64,000 nt of DNA, from positions 70,074 to 134,073 of the forward strand of contig JAYFOF010000002.1 in the NCBI GenBank assembly GCA_034932905.1. Direction: 5' to 3'. The position numbers and the translations under genes are program-made. Each line of letters starts with the position of its first letter. The first letter of the stretch is position 1. The notes under the pieces were generated by a model. It was not told where the DNA came from. It was given only the letters and a program-made list of their open reading frames with translations, and did not search any database. Origin of the DNA: Erysipelotrichaceae bacterium. Lineage in GTDB: Bacteria; Bacillota_I; Bacilli_A; Erysipelotrichales; Erysipelotrichaceae. This document shows, in pieces, positions 1 to 8,740 of the stretch.

Positions 1-358
1 GTGTCGGTTTATCCGGATGATTCATTTCTAGATATTTATTCAGCGGTTCGCCTTCAATGTAATCCCGAATGATACAAACCATCTGTTCATTCTGAATTTC
101 CGCAGCGAAAGCCGGTATTCCGGCATTGCAGAGCTTCCGCAGAATCTCGCTTTCATGAACAGCATTGAAGGCTTTTTTATCATAACATTTGGCTACCAGC
201 AGCCGTTCATCACTTCTGCGCTTTACCAGAAATGTTTCTGTGCCATGACTGTTCGCCAAGCATTCCAGCTGGATATAATCCCGTAGAAAGGCTTCCGGAT
301 AATCTGTTTGCTGTGTCTGAGCAGCTAAATCCAGTAAAGCTGCCTTTCGATCTCTCAC
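1..358 (-). CDS. Hanks-type Ser/Thr protein kinase-like protein; N-terminal part only, the gene runs off the window at position 1
   Basis: Absent from the ORF track because it is open at the edge. My minus-strand translation from GTG at 358 reads VRDRKAALLDLAAQTQQTDYPEAFLRDYIQLECLANSHGTETFLVKRRSDERLLVAKCYDKKAFNAVHESEILRKLCNAGIPAFAAEIQNEQMVCIIRDYIEGEPLNKYL. It shows a VAK lysine, an alphaC-like E and a hinge-like DYIEGEPL, as in kinase N-lobes. The GTG overlaps the upstream stop (GTGA). Confidence 0.55.
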   Translation of the reverse strand, partial: MRDRKAALLDLAAQTQQTDYPEAFLRDYIQLECLANSHGTETFLVKRRSDERLLVAKCYDKKAFNAVHESEILRKLCNAGIPAFAAEIQNEQMVCIIRDYIEGEPLNKYLEMNHPDKPT

Positions 359-810
359 TTGCTCACCCCGCCTATCAGCGGTAACTCCAGATCATTCAGG
401 ATCATCTGAACATCTACAAGTTTATAACCGTTATGCAGGCAATAAATTATGGCTGCATCCCGCTTAACCCGCGGATAAAGCGAACTCATCCGCGCATGTT
501 TCAATAACTGCTGAGCTTGCTCAACATCAGACTCAAAGCCGAACGCCAATTGAATCACTGTATCACGGGAAGGATTTCTAGTTCCGCGGAATAACTGATG
601 GCCATATGATCTTTCCAGATCAGCCCGCTTGATAATCCGTTCCGGCACCTCCTGTTTATCCTTGCATAATTGTGTAATATAGGTACTGAAAGATGGTAAA
701 TTAATCTCTTCCGCATTATTATCCAAGAAACTTTGCAAATCGGAGCTCTTAAATAGACGATTGAATAAAGTGCTTGTTCGTCCTTCACTATTTTTTCCGT
801 TTTCACCCAT
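355..810 (-). CDS. Uncharacterised putative HTH DNA-binding protein, translationally coupled to the downstream kinase-like gene
   Basis: 151-aa ORF. The segment ADLERSYGHQLFRGTRNPSRDTVIQLAFGF resembles XRE-like HTH regulators. The stop overlaps the next start. The overlapping ORF 555..824 is in a different frame and looks non-coding. Confidence 0.5.
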   Translation of the reverse strand: MGENGKNSEGRTSTLFNRLFKSSDLQSFLDNNAEEINLPSFSTYITQLCKDKQEVPERIIKRADLERSYGHQLFRGTRNPSRDTVIQLAFGFESDVEQAQQLLKHARMSSLYPRVKRDAAIIYCLHNGYKLVDVQMILNDLELPLIGGVSK

Positions 811-978
811 CTGCCGGTCCTCATTTCTTTTGGATTTGAAACTATGAATATATTAAAAAACGGTTTTATTCAATATTGTACGACAACTATTCGTATTCAT
901 TACATTTATTATATACATGATTAGAAATAAATGTAAGTGTACCGGCTGTATTTATCGTATTTATATTCTGGCTAATAA

Positions 979-1012
979 ATAAAAGCTGCAACACCTAGTC
1001 TGTGTGCAGCTT
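979..1012 (-). terminator. Intrinsic terminator downstream of the XRE-membrane gene
   Basis: AAGCTGCA(A)CAC ... GTGTGCAGCTT stem at 983..994 / 1002..1012, with a T-run on the minus strand. Confidence 0.6.
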
Positions 1013-1041
1013 ACTAAATCGAAAATGAAATCAGGATCCAG

Positions 1042-1659
1042 CTAAATTGTTTTTAAATGGCGGGTCACATAATAAACAACTGCTGAACAGCCGGACAGAT
1101 AGGCCAGCCAAAATAACGGATAAGCCATCAGATAATTACCAATCATCGGATAGGGAGCAGAAAGGCCTGTAAAAAACATATTGTAGATAAAAGACATCGG
1201 AATAAAACTAAGCAGCCAGATATTGATCAACCAGAAATTATACTTGGCTTTAGAACGGGATGCCGGAGCCGAGGAAAGCGAACCGACGCCGTATACCATG
1301 CATCCCAAAGCCATGAAAACCAGACCGATAACCAAAGCCATCGCAACCTGTTCCTGATACCATACCGTACAAGCCAAGATCAAACCGATAAAATTGAGCA
1401 CCGTGGAAACGATTACGAAGAGATGGGCATCCGGCAGTTGATGAAAATCATCTCTTTTATCTTCAATCCCTTTTAAAATGTAATCTGTTGTAACATCAAA
1501 ATACTCACTCATGATAAGCACTTTATCAATGTCCGGTACACTTTGTTCACTTTCCCACTTTGAAACAGCTTGGCGGGATACACCGATTTTATCAGCTAAT
1601 TCTTCCTGTGAAATTCCTTTAATCTTTCGTAAACTCTGTATACGATCAGCAATATTCAT
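1042..1659 (-). CDS. XRE-family HTH transcriptional regulator fused to a C-terminal multi-pass membrane domain
   Basis: The N-terminus MNIADRIQSLRKIKGISQEELADKIGVSRQAVSKWESEQSVPDIDKVLIMSEYFDVTTDYIL is a canonical Cro/C1 HTH. The C-terminal half has about 4 hydrophobic helices. Confidence 0.85.
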   Translation of the reverse strand: MNIADRIQSLRKIKGISQEELADKIGVSRQAVSKWESEQSVPDIDKVLIMSEYFDVTTDYILKGIEDKRDDFHQLPDAHLFVIVSTVLNFIGLILACTVWYQEQVAMALVIGLVFMALGCMVYGVGSLSSAPASRSKAKYNFWLINIWLLSFIPMSFIYNMFFTGLSAPYPMIGNYLMAYPLFWLAYLSGCSAVVYYVTRHLKTI

Positions 1660-1783
1660 ATCAATACCCCTTTTCTTTGATGGCTTAATAATAACCGTAA
1701 AGGCTGTTGCTATCCCACCAGTCAGACATGGTTTATTGTCAACTTGGAGTTGCGATCCATCAATCAGCTGATTGAGTCAATAA

Positions 1784-1815
1784 AGGCATGCCTCAGTAAT
1801 CACAAGGGCATGCCT
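1784..1815 (-). terminator. Intrinsic terminator after tRNA-Arg(CCU)
   Basis: AGGCATGCC / GGCATGCCT 9-bp stem, followed on the minus strand by TTTATT. Confidence 0.6.
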
Positions 1816-1819
1816 CTAT

Positions 1820-1896
1820 TGGCGTCCCCGAGAAGATTTGAACTTCCGACCCCACACTTAGGAGGCGTGTGCTCTATCCAGCTGAGCTACGGGGAC
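1820..1896 (-). tRNA. tRNA-Arg (anticodon CCU), CCA encoded
   Basis: The minus strand reads GTCCCCGTAGCTCAGCTGGATAGAGCACACGCCTCCTAAGTGTGGGGTCGGAAGTTCAAATCTTCTCGGGGACGCCA. I folded it by hand: 7-bp acceptor, GCTC/GAGC D stem, CACGC/GTGTG anticodon stem with loop CTCCTAA, GGAAG/CTTCT T stem with TTCAAAT loop. Confidence 0.95.
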
Positions 1897-1923
1897 ATAA
1901 TGCCGATCATGATCAGCAATTTA

Positions 1924-1952
1924 ATTATAATAAGGATCAGCAATTTGTACAA
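1924..1952 (-). promoter_or_regulatory. Sigma-A-type promoter for tRNA-Arg(CCU)
   Basis: Minus strand TTGTAC-17 nt-TATAAT, about 20 nt upstream of the tRNA 5' end. Confidence 0.5.
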
Positions 1953-2018
1953 GCCGAACGATGAGATACAGGTATAATATCCTTAAGCAATATAATATAA
2001 TAAGTAAAGAGGTGAAAG

Positions 2019-3296
2019 ATGAAAAACCAAATACAGAAACTTATTGATCTGAATCAAGCCGAAATCATCAGCCTAGGAGAAGCGCTGTTTAACACTCCTG
2101 AACTTGGTTTTAAAGAATTCCGTACGAAAGCCAGGCTTATGGAGTTTTTCAGTCGGCATGATTTACAAGTCACAAAAGAATACTTTGAGACTGGTTTTGA
2201 AGTTAGTATCGGTTGCGGTCATCCGCATATCGGCCTAATTGCTGAACTGGATGCAATACCTACCCCGGGACACCCAAATAGCGATCCTTCATCCAATGCG
2301 GCACACAGTTGTGCCCATAGCACGCAATGCACAATCATGGCCGCCGTCATGGCAACTTTGAAAAAAATCCGGATTACCGATTATTTCCCGGGTAAAATAA
2401 CCCTGTTTTTTACTCCGGCAGAAGAATTCACCGATATTGCTTATCGGCGTGAGTTAATCCGTCAAGGAAAAATCCGTTATCTGTCCGGTAAAGAAAACAT
2501 GCTGGCTGCTAAGTGTTTTGATGATGTCGATGTTCTGCTGCATCTGCACGCCAGCGGTGAATACCATGGTTATCATTACAGCATTAATTCAACGCTAGCC
2601 GGATTTATTTACAAAACCTTTACCTTCAAAGGACGAGCAGCTCATGCGGCTGTTCTGCCGCACGAAGGAATTAACGCCTTAAATGCCTATGCTCTTTTCC
2701 AAAGCGCAGCTGCGATGCTTCGAGAAACCTATAAAGAAGAAGACATGGTGCGTTTCCATGGCATTATCACGCATGGCGGCGACACAGTAAACACCATCCC
2801 GGATCGAATTGTCTATGAAGCATATATCCGATCAGTAAATTCACAGACGCTCATAAGCCTGAATCAGCGATTAACCGAATGTGCCCGGCATTGTGCTCAA
2901 GCCATCGATGCAGACTGCGAAGTAAAAGATACTGCCGGATATCTTCCATTGATTCAGGATGAACTGCTCAGTGATGTTATCAATCAAAATATTCTGAATT
3001 TTACTTCCGCCGATCAGATCCGTAATCATGAGGTAAGCATTGCGGCCGGAGATGTCGGAGATATAAGTGCCTTTAAACCAATTATTCAATACGGTTATAC
3101 CGGTTTTACCGGAACAATGCACGGAAAAAATCTGCTAGTGAATAATCCGATTGAAGTTTATGTGGAACAAGCGAAGATCGTCGCAATGTCTGTCTACGAT
3201 CTATTGAGCAACACCGATCATATTAAGCAAATCAAAGCTCATTTTAAACCCGCTATGACATATGATGATTATCTTGATTATCTCAGCCATCAGTAA
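2019..3296 (+). CDS. M20-family amidohydrolase / peptidase
   Basis: 425 aa with metal-ligand-like motifs (AELDAIP, HSCAHS, FTPAEE, dimerisation-domain region) typical of M20D amidohydrolases. RBS AAGAGGTGA lies upstream. Confidence 0.8.
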   Translation: MKNQIQKLIDLNQAEIISLGEALFNTPELGFKEFRTKARLMEFFSRHDLQVTKEYFETGFEVSIGCGHPHIGLIAELDAIPTPGHPNSDPSSNAAHSCAHSTQCTIMAAVMATLKKIRITDYFPGKITLFFTPAEEFTDIAYRRELIRQGKIRYLSGKENMLAAKCFDDVDVLLHLHASGEYHGYHYSINSTLAGFIYKTFTFKGRAAHAAVLPHEGINALNAYALFQSAAAMLRETYKEEDMVRFHGIITHGGDTVNTIPDRIVYEAYIRSVNSQTLISLNQRLTECARHCAQAIDADCEVKDTAGYLPLIQDELLSDVINQNILNFTSADQIRNHEVSIAAGDVGDISAFKPIIQYGYTGFTGTMHGKNLLVNNPIEVYVEQAKIVAMSVYDLLSNTDHIKQIKAHFKPAMTYDDYLDYLSHQ

Positions 3297-3333
3297 AAAT
3301 AATGTGTTATAATTAAAAACCAGAGGTGAATTC

Positions 3334-3783
3334 ATGCGTAAATCGATTTCTTACAACCGAAAAGCTAAACATGACTACTTCCTCGAAGATCATTTTGATG
3401 CCGGTATCGTTTTATTCGGCACAGAAATAAAAGCCATCCGTAAAGGATCGGCTCAGATCAAAGATGCCTATGTAAACATTGAGAACGGGGAAGCCTTCAT
3501 TGAAGAGATGTATATCGGTCACTACGAACAGGGTAACCGTTTTAATCATGAAGAAAGACGCCCGCGCAAGCTTTTGATGCACAAGCATGAGATCCGTTTA
3601 CTGGCCCAGAAAGTCAAACTCAAAGGCTATACGATAGTCCCATTGGATTTATATCTGGATAAAGGTATGGCTAAGCTGGAGATTGCGCTGGCAAAAGGCA
3701 AGGATCTTTATGATAAACGCCAGTCATTGAAATCTAAAGATGCTCAGCGAGAAATTGCGAAGAGTCTAAAGAATTATTATTAA
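3334..3783 (+). CDS. smpB: SsrA-binding protein SmpB
   Basis: NRKAKHDYFLEDHFDAGIVLFGTEIKAIRKG ... RPRKLLMHKHEI is the canonical SmpB sequence, with a basic C-terminal tail. Confidence 0.97.
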   Translation: MRKSISYNRKAKHDYFLEDHFDAGIVLFGTEIKAIRKGSAQIKDAYVNIENGEAFIEEMYIGHYEQGNRFNHEERRPRKLLMHKHEIRLLAQKVKLKGYTIVPLDLYLDKGMAKLEIALAKGKDLYDKRQSLKSKDAQREIAKSLKNYY

Positions 3784-3811
3784 GTTGATTTTAAATTTTC
3801 GGGTAAATTGT

Positions 3812-3830
3812 AAAGGCTTCATGCCTTTTC
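3812..3830 (+). terminator. Weak intrinsic terminator after smpB
   Basis: AAAGGC ttcat GCCTTTT followed by a T-rich stretch. Confidence 0.45.
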
Positions 3831-3950
3831 TGTATCTCAGTATTTATTTGGAGTCTTCGGTTGCGAATGTATGCTAGAATTAATATGCAAATGATAAACT
3901 TGAACAATATTAAAGACTCATCTTTGAATTGTTATCATCCAGGAGGCTAT

Positions 3951-4943
3951 ATGAGTAGAAATAGCGATATTATTATAGAATTGGCACGTGAATTAGGATT
4001 TAAATATAACGAGGACTTCAAAACAGTCTTTGGTTATCATAACGGATACTTGGTAACAATAAACAATTTGGGCATCTTTAAACCGTTTACTGTAAATATA
4101 GCTGTTAAGAAGGATGATGATGTACCCATTCTGGACGATATCCGAAATATCATTCAATACAATCAGTTCGTTAAACGCTGTGACAGCCATCGTTTTCGAT
4201 TGACTTTCCTTTTAAAAACAAAATACAAATTATCTGGTCATCGTAAGCTTCATCTGGCGGTAAAAGACTTTATTGAAGAATTGACGGTTAAGCTGAAAGA
4301 ACTCGGGTATCGGAACTGCTGCCAAAGCTGCGGGAGTTCAGAAACTTACAGCAGTTTTATTACCGATAGTAATACAAGTTTATGTCCCACATGTTTCAAT
4401 GCGGTAAGTTCATATCTTATCTCCAACAAAAAACTTCGTGCACCGCAGAAAGATAATCAGCTGTCAGGGTATCTTGGAGCATTCGCCGGTGCTGTACTCG
4501 GTGCCGCACTGATTCTCTTATTCAGTTATTTAGGTTACTTCTATTATTCGGTCTTCGGTCTGGCTATGGCTTTTTTAACGGTTAAGGGCTATGAACTTTT
4601 CAGCGGCGTCATCAACAAGAAGACGATTCTGTTCTGCTGTTTAATAATGATTTTTATAATTCACTTCACTAATCGTTTGGATTGGGCATTTTCCGTAGCT
4701 GATTACTATGAGACGGATTTATTTTCAGCTTTCCGTTCAATCAGCTATCTTATTCAGGATGAGTACATCAGTTTGTCATATTACCTCGGTGATCTGGCGA
4801 AGTTATATTTCTTCGCGGCTTTAGGCGCTTTGCCGGTTATATCGAAAGCTCTTAATTCTCATACCAAACCCCGAAGAGATTTCCAGTTAAAACTCCTTGA
4901 TCCGGACATCTCGAACGAACAGGACAGTGCGGAGAGTGTATAG
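3951..4943 (+). CDS. Hypothetical membrane protein: N-terminal soluble domain, CxxC...CxxC zinc ribbon, and a C-terminal multi-pass region
   Basis: The ORF track gives 3861..4943. I prefer the ATG at 3951 (MSRNSDIII) because AGGAGG lies 6 nt upstream. CCQSCG...CPTC is ribbon-like. Several hydrophobic helices follow residue ~190. Confidence 0.6.
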   Translation: MSRNSDIIIELARELGFKYNEDFKTVFGYHNGYLVTINNLGIFKPFTVNIAVKKDDDVPILDDIRNIIQYNQFVKRCDSHRFRLTFLLKTKYKLSGHRKLHLAVKDFIEELTVKLKELGYRNCCQSCGSSETYSSFITDSNTSLCPTCFNAVSSYLISNKKLRAPQKDNQLSGYLGAFAGAVLGAALILLFSYLGYFYYSVFGLAMAFLTVKGYELFSGVINKKTILFCCLIMIFIIHFTNRLDWAFSVADYYETDLFSAFRSISYLIQDEYISLSYYLGDLAKLYFFAALGALPVISKALNSHTKPRRDFQLKLLDPDISNEQDSAESV

Positions 4944-5025
4944 GAAAAGGCATGGTTCACCTGAATTAAATCTCCGGGTGTTATAATAAACAGGTCAATC
5001 ATGATGACATGAGAGCACTTGGAAA

Positions 5026-6039
5026 ATGAAAAAGTATGATTTTGAAGAAACCGAAAAATTTAGATTAAAAAATGAAACTAATCTTGAAATACCGCCTGAG
5101 CAGCTTAAATCATGGCAATCCGTTGTTGATCTGATTGCGACAATCGGAGGAGCGCGAGCCGGTTTGATTATGCGCCTGCAGCAGAACGAAATAGCACCGA
5201 TCGCCGTCAGCCAAACCGCCGGCAATCCTTATCGCGTCGGAACCAGGGAGGTTTTGTTTAATTCCGGTTTGTACTGTGAACGCGTCATCGGTGAAAACCA
5301 AATGTTATTTGTTCCGGATGCCCGGAAAACCGAAACATGGAAAAACAATCCGGATATCGCAAATAATATGATTTGTTATCTAGGCTTCCCGATTCACCTG
5401 CCGAACGGCGGCATTTTCGGAACCATCTGTATCTTGGATGATAAAATGAATCAATTTTCACCGGCAGTCTTTTCTTTGGTTGAAAAAATGAGAGATTTGC
5501 TTGATGCACAACTCCGTCTGATATATCTGAATACCTACGATCAATTAACCAATCTATACAATTTCGAGACATTTTATCAGAAGACAAAAGCTAAAATCAA
5601 AACTAATGCCATTCACAATCAGCAGCTTTTTCTATTAATGATAGACATTGACAATCTGAAAAGGATCAATGATCAGTACGGTCACCTGGTCGGTGATCAG
5701 ATTTTACGAAGTACAGCTGCCATCATCGCGGAACAGCTTAACGGCGATATCATCCTTGCACATTACGCCCGCGATGAGTTCATCCTGCTGATTGCCGGGC
5801 AGAGTATTATCTCCGTTTTACAACTGACTGATGATATCAGGTCCGCTGTCGACGGCGATTACTGGCTAAAGAAACATGATGTAACATATTGTTATGGAAT
5901 TGCGGAATATACCGCAAACGAATGTTTTGAACATTGGTTTAATAAAGTGGATTCGACACTTCTGAAAGCCAAGAAGAGCGGTCTCGGACAGGTCGGGTTA
6001 TTCTTTGATGAGAATTTAAATGAACTGACTATGTGCTGA
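5026..6039 (+). CDS. GAF-domain protein with a degenerate GGDEF domain (ARDEF)
   Basis: The N-terminal half is GAF-like. The C-terminal half has the GGDEF fold (DQLTNLYN, IDIDNLKRINDQYGH, GDQIL), but the signature reads HYARDEFILL. Confidence 0.85.
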   Translation: MKKYDFEETEKFRLKNETNLEIPPEQLKSWQSVVDLIATIGGARAGLIMRLQQNEIAPIAVSQTAGNPYRVGTREVLFNSGLYCERVIGENQMLFVPDARKTETWKNNPDIANNMICYLGFPIHLPNGGIFGTICILDDKMNQFSPAVFSLVEKMRDLLDAQLRLIYLNTYDQLTNLYNFETFYQKTKAKIKTNAIHNQQLFLLMIDIDNLKRINDQYGHLVGDQILRSTAAIIAEQLNGDIILAHYARDEFILLIAGQSIISVLQLTDDIRSAVDGDYWLKKHDVTYCYGIAEYTANECFEHWFNKVDSTLLKAKKSGLGQVGLFFDENLNELTMC

Positions 6040-6060
6040 TTGATAAGCGTTGCTAACAGA

Positions 6061-6092
6061 AAAAGGTGCTTGCTGAACAAGCACCTTTTATT
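6061..6092. terminator. Bidirectional intrinsic terminator between convergent genes
   Basis: AAAGGTGCTTG ctgaa CAAGCACCTTT, a perfect 11-bp stem flanked by A-runs and T-runs. Confidence 0.85.
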
Positions 6093-6096
6093 TATT

Positions 6097-7986
6097 CTAC
6101 CAGCTTCCGCCACCGCCGCCGCCGAAACCGCCGCCGGAGAAGCCTCCGCCGCCAAAACCGCCGCCAAAACTTCCGCCGCCGCTGCCGCCCTTCGGGTTAG
6201 GTACTGAGACCATCGAAGTCTGAATTGAATTAAGCGAACGTGTCAGATAATTTATCATCAGATAATTTGAAACCATATCGTTGCCATGATAGAAGGTAGC
6301 CTGAGGTATTTCGATATTCGCGAAGTGATTCTGCCAAACTTTAGTCAGCCCGAAAGCATACGCATATGGCAGAATATCATAGAAAATATACGGATTCTCT
6401 TCAGCCAGCATCTTTAGACGATCTTCTTCCGCTGTTTCAATGAATTCTCTTAAACCGAGAACTTTACCGAAAATTCTGGTCCCGTATTCGGTCCGCTTGG
6501 ACATCGGTACCGCAAACATCAATAAAGCCAGCGTTTCAACGACGCCAATTACAAGATACATGATCGACACATCAGTAATGTTCAGGAAGATAATGACCAA
6601 TATAGCTAATCCGAATATCACGCTGATGAGTACAAACACGGCCATACGGCTAGCTGCCGCCAGATTATGCCACTGATTATACAATGTAATGTAGCAGGCA
6701 CTGACGATAACACCGATAAGAAGAGCCGGTATCAGAACGGCCATCACCGACGAAATTCGATATGTAACCGCAAAGCGAGCGGCTCCGATAATCAAACCCA
6801 TGGGAAGTCCAACCGCAATACAGTTGATAATTTGCAGAGCGACAGATTTACCCGTAAACAGTTTCCGTTCTTTTGTATGGAAGTATTTATAGATTCCTTC
6901 TTTGCAGATATTAATACTCTGATAGAAACTCTCATCAAGATCATCAGTCGAAACTTCATCATAATCTTTAAATAAACTATTAAATAGTTTCCGTTCAAAT
7001 TCCGGTTTGTCCGAATCAATTTCTTTTAGTTTCTTCAACACCAGATCGTCTTTTCGGTCTTCAATTTCCAAATAGTTGTCCTTACCCCACTCCAGAATCA
7101 AAGAAGTGATGTCCCGATTATTGATTGTATCATCGATAACATAACCGACGGCAGCACTGTTCAAGCCTTCAGGGGCACTGAACTCCACTGTTGTGACAAT
7201 GGGTTCATCCTTCCCCCAGCGGAAGAACAGCAGCCCGAAAAGCACCGTCATAATCGAAGAGAAACCAATAGCTAAATAGATGTATTGATCATAGGTCGGA
7301 AAAGTAAAATAATCTGAAGTCAACGGAACATATAAAGTAACGCTTTCATAATTATCCAAAGCGGCGCTGTTTGTGCAATGAATCTGATTCGTGCCGGCTG
7401 TGTAAGCACAGCTGACTTTTTCACTAGCTTCACTGCCGTAATAACCGCTGGTGACCACCATCTGACTGCCATCTACCGACTTAGGCAGATTTACCGTCAG
7501 ATCAATATTGGCAATTGTTGTATCCCACTGTGAACCGATGAGATTATAGTAAATCATCTGTGTTTTGTCGGCCAGCCCCAAATCATGAGTTTGAATTTCA
7601 TAAGAAATAGTATACGTCTTAGCTCCGCTGACATAACGATCGGCATCGCCAATCTGAATCGTTACCCCTTCATCATAATATTCTACTTCATAATCATCAC
7701 CGGTAACTTGAATATTCTCAACCGGCCAATTATATTCAATTTCCTGATACTCGCCATTAACATTCCAATTCATTTGATATTGCGTTGGAATATTCCGATA
7801 AATACCATGGCGCTGATAATTAAAATACGTTGATATCTCTTCCGTTATATAATAACGGCCGGTCTCATCAACATCCATGACAACTTTATAGTTGGTTATA
7901 TCATAAGCCTCATCAGCTTTAATAACCATTGGATTTAACAGCAGCAGACATCCGAGCAGAACAGCTAAGTATTTAAGTTTTCGCAT
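6097..7986 (-). CDS. DUF2207-family membrane protein with a glycine-rich C-terminal tail
   Basis: Signal peptide MRKLKYLAVLLGCLLLL from the ATG at 7986 (RBS GAGGG). The track start at 8034 is a TTG inside a hairpin. Large extracellular domain, 3 or more TM helices, and the tail GGSGGGSFGGGFGGGGFSGGGFGGGGGGSW typical of DUF2207. Confidence 0.8.
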   Translation of the reverse strand: MRKLKYLAVLLGCLLLLNPMVIKADEAYDITNYKVVMDVDETGRYYITEEISTYFNYQRHGIYRNIPTQYQMNWNVNGEYQEIEYNWPVENIQVTGDDYEVEYYDEGVTIQIGDADRYVSGAKTYTISYEIQTHDLGLADKTQMIYYNLIGSQWDTTIANIDLTVNLPKSVDGSQMVVTSGYYGSEASEKVSCAYTAGTNQIHCTNSAALDNYESVTLYVPLTSDYFTFPTYDQYIYLAIGFSSIMTVLFGLLFFRWGKDEPIVTTVEFSAPEGLNSAAVGYVIDDTINNRDITSLILEWGKDNYLEIEDRKDDLVLKKLKEIDSDKPEFERKLFNSLFKDYDEVSTDDLDESFYQSINICKEGIYKYFHTKERKLFTGKSVALQIINCIAVGLPMGLIIGAARFAVTYRISSVMAVLIPALLIGVIVSACYITLYNQWHNLAAASRMAVFVLISVIFGLAILVIIFLNITDVSIMYLVIGVVETLALLMFAVPMSKRTEYGTRIFGKVLGLREFIETAEEDRLKMLAEENPYIFYDILPYAYAFGLTKVWQNHFANIEIPQATFYHGNDMVSNYLMINYLTRSLNSIQTSMVSVPNPKGGSGGGSFGGGFGGGGFSGGGFGGGGGGSW

Positions 7987-8035
7987 ATGACCCTCACTAT
8001 GAAACGGATATCGCCGCGAGACGATATCCTTCAAG

Positions 8036-8590
8036 TTAAAACTGTACTTTTACATTGTCACGATGACTGGCATCAGTAACTTCAAACATCGGTTTAGTTG
8101 TAAAGCCAAAAATTCCGGCAATAATATTACTTGGGATTTGTTCAACTTTGGTGTTAAACATTTTAATAACACCGTTGTAGTATTTACGCGCGTTAGCAAT
8201 TTCCGCTTCCATCTTCTGCAACTGTGACTGAAGATCCAAAAAGTTCGTGTTAGCCTTCAGATCAGGATAGCTCTCGCTTAAGGCAAAAAGGCGTCCCAGT
8301 GTACCGCTTAATGACTGTTCGGCTTCCATTTTCTCGGCAACCGTATTAGCATTAACCGCCCGGTTGCGAGCACTGATAACTTGTTCTAAGGTTTCTTTTT
8401 CATGTGTGGCATAACCCTTGACCGTTTCAACCAAATTAGGAATCAGATCATAACGTTTAGTCAGATAGACATCCATTGTTGAAAAAGCCTCATCACATTT
8501 ATTTTTCAAACCGATAAAACTGTTGTATGTTGAGAACACCCAGAATGCTACTAAGATAACGACTGCTAAAATAGCTAATAACCATTCCAT
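8036..8590 (-). CDS. LemA-family protein
   Basis: N-terminal TM helix, then YNSFIGLKNKCDEAFSTMDVYLTKRYDLIPNLVETVKGYATHEKETL, which is the canonical LemA sequence. Confidence 0.92.
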   Translation of the reverse strand: MEWLLAILAVVILVAFWVFSTYNSFIGLKNKCDEAFSTMDVYLTKRYDLIPNLVETVKGYATHEKETLEQVISARNRAVNANTVAEKMEAEQSLSGTLGRLFALSESYPDLKANTNFLDLQSQLQKMEAEIANARKYYNGVIKMFNTKVEQIPSNIIAGIFGFTTKPMFEVTDASHRDNVKVQF

Positions 8591-8740
8591 ATAAAATCCT
8601 CCTTATGTGCTTATTATACCATTAATTCACCATTGCACAAATTAATCTTCATTAGTGAAATATGATGAATATAATCATTTTTTACTCCGATGTATTATAA
8701 TATAAGTAACTTGATCATAAAAATAATGAAGGAGCTCAAT

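Noticed and set aside
1744-1977. 77-aa plus-strand ORF (and 1511..1771) in the XRE/tRNA region
   Set aside because: It runs straight through the tRNA-Arg(CCU) gene and its terminator on the opposite strand. It is an artefact of the ORF scan.
3861-3950. N-terminal extension of the membrane zinc-ribbon protein (track start at 3861)
   Set aside because: The extension starts at a TTG with no RBS, whereas the ATG at 3951 has AGGAGG at ideal spacing. The extension is probably not translated.
6100-6185. GC-rich short repeats (CCGCCGCC / AAACCGCCGCC) that look like a tandem repeat
   Set aside because: They are the coding sequence of the Gly-rich C-terminal tail of the DUF2207 protein on the minus strand. 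This is not a CRISPR array or a non-coding satellite.
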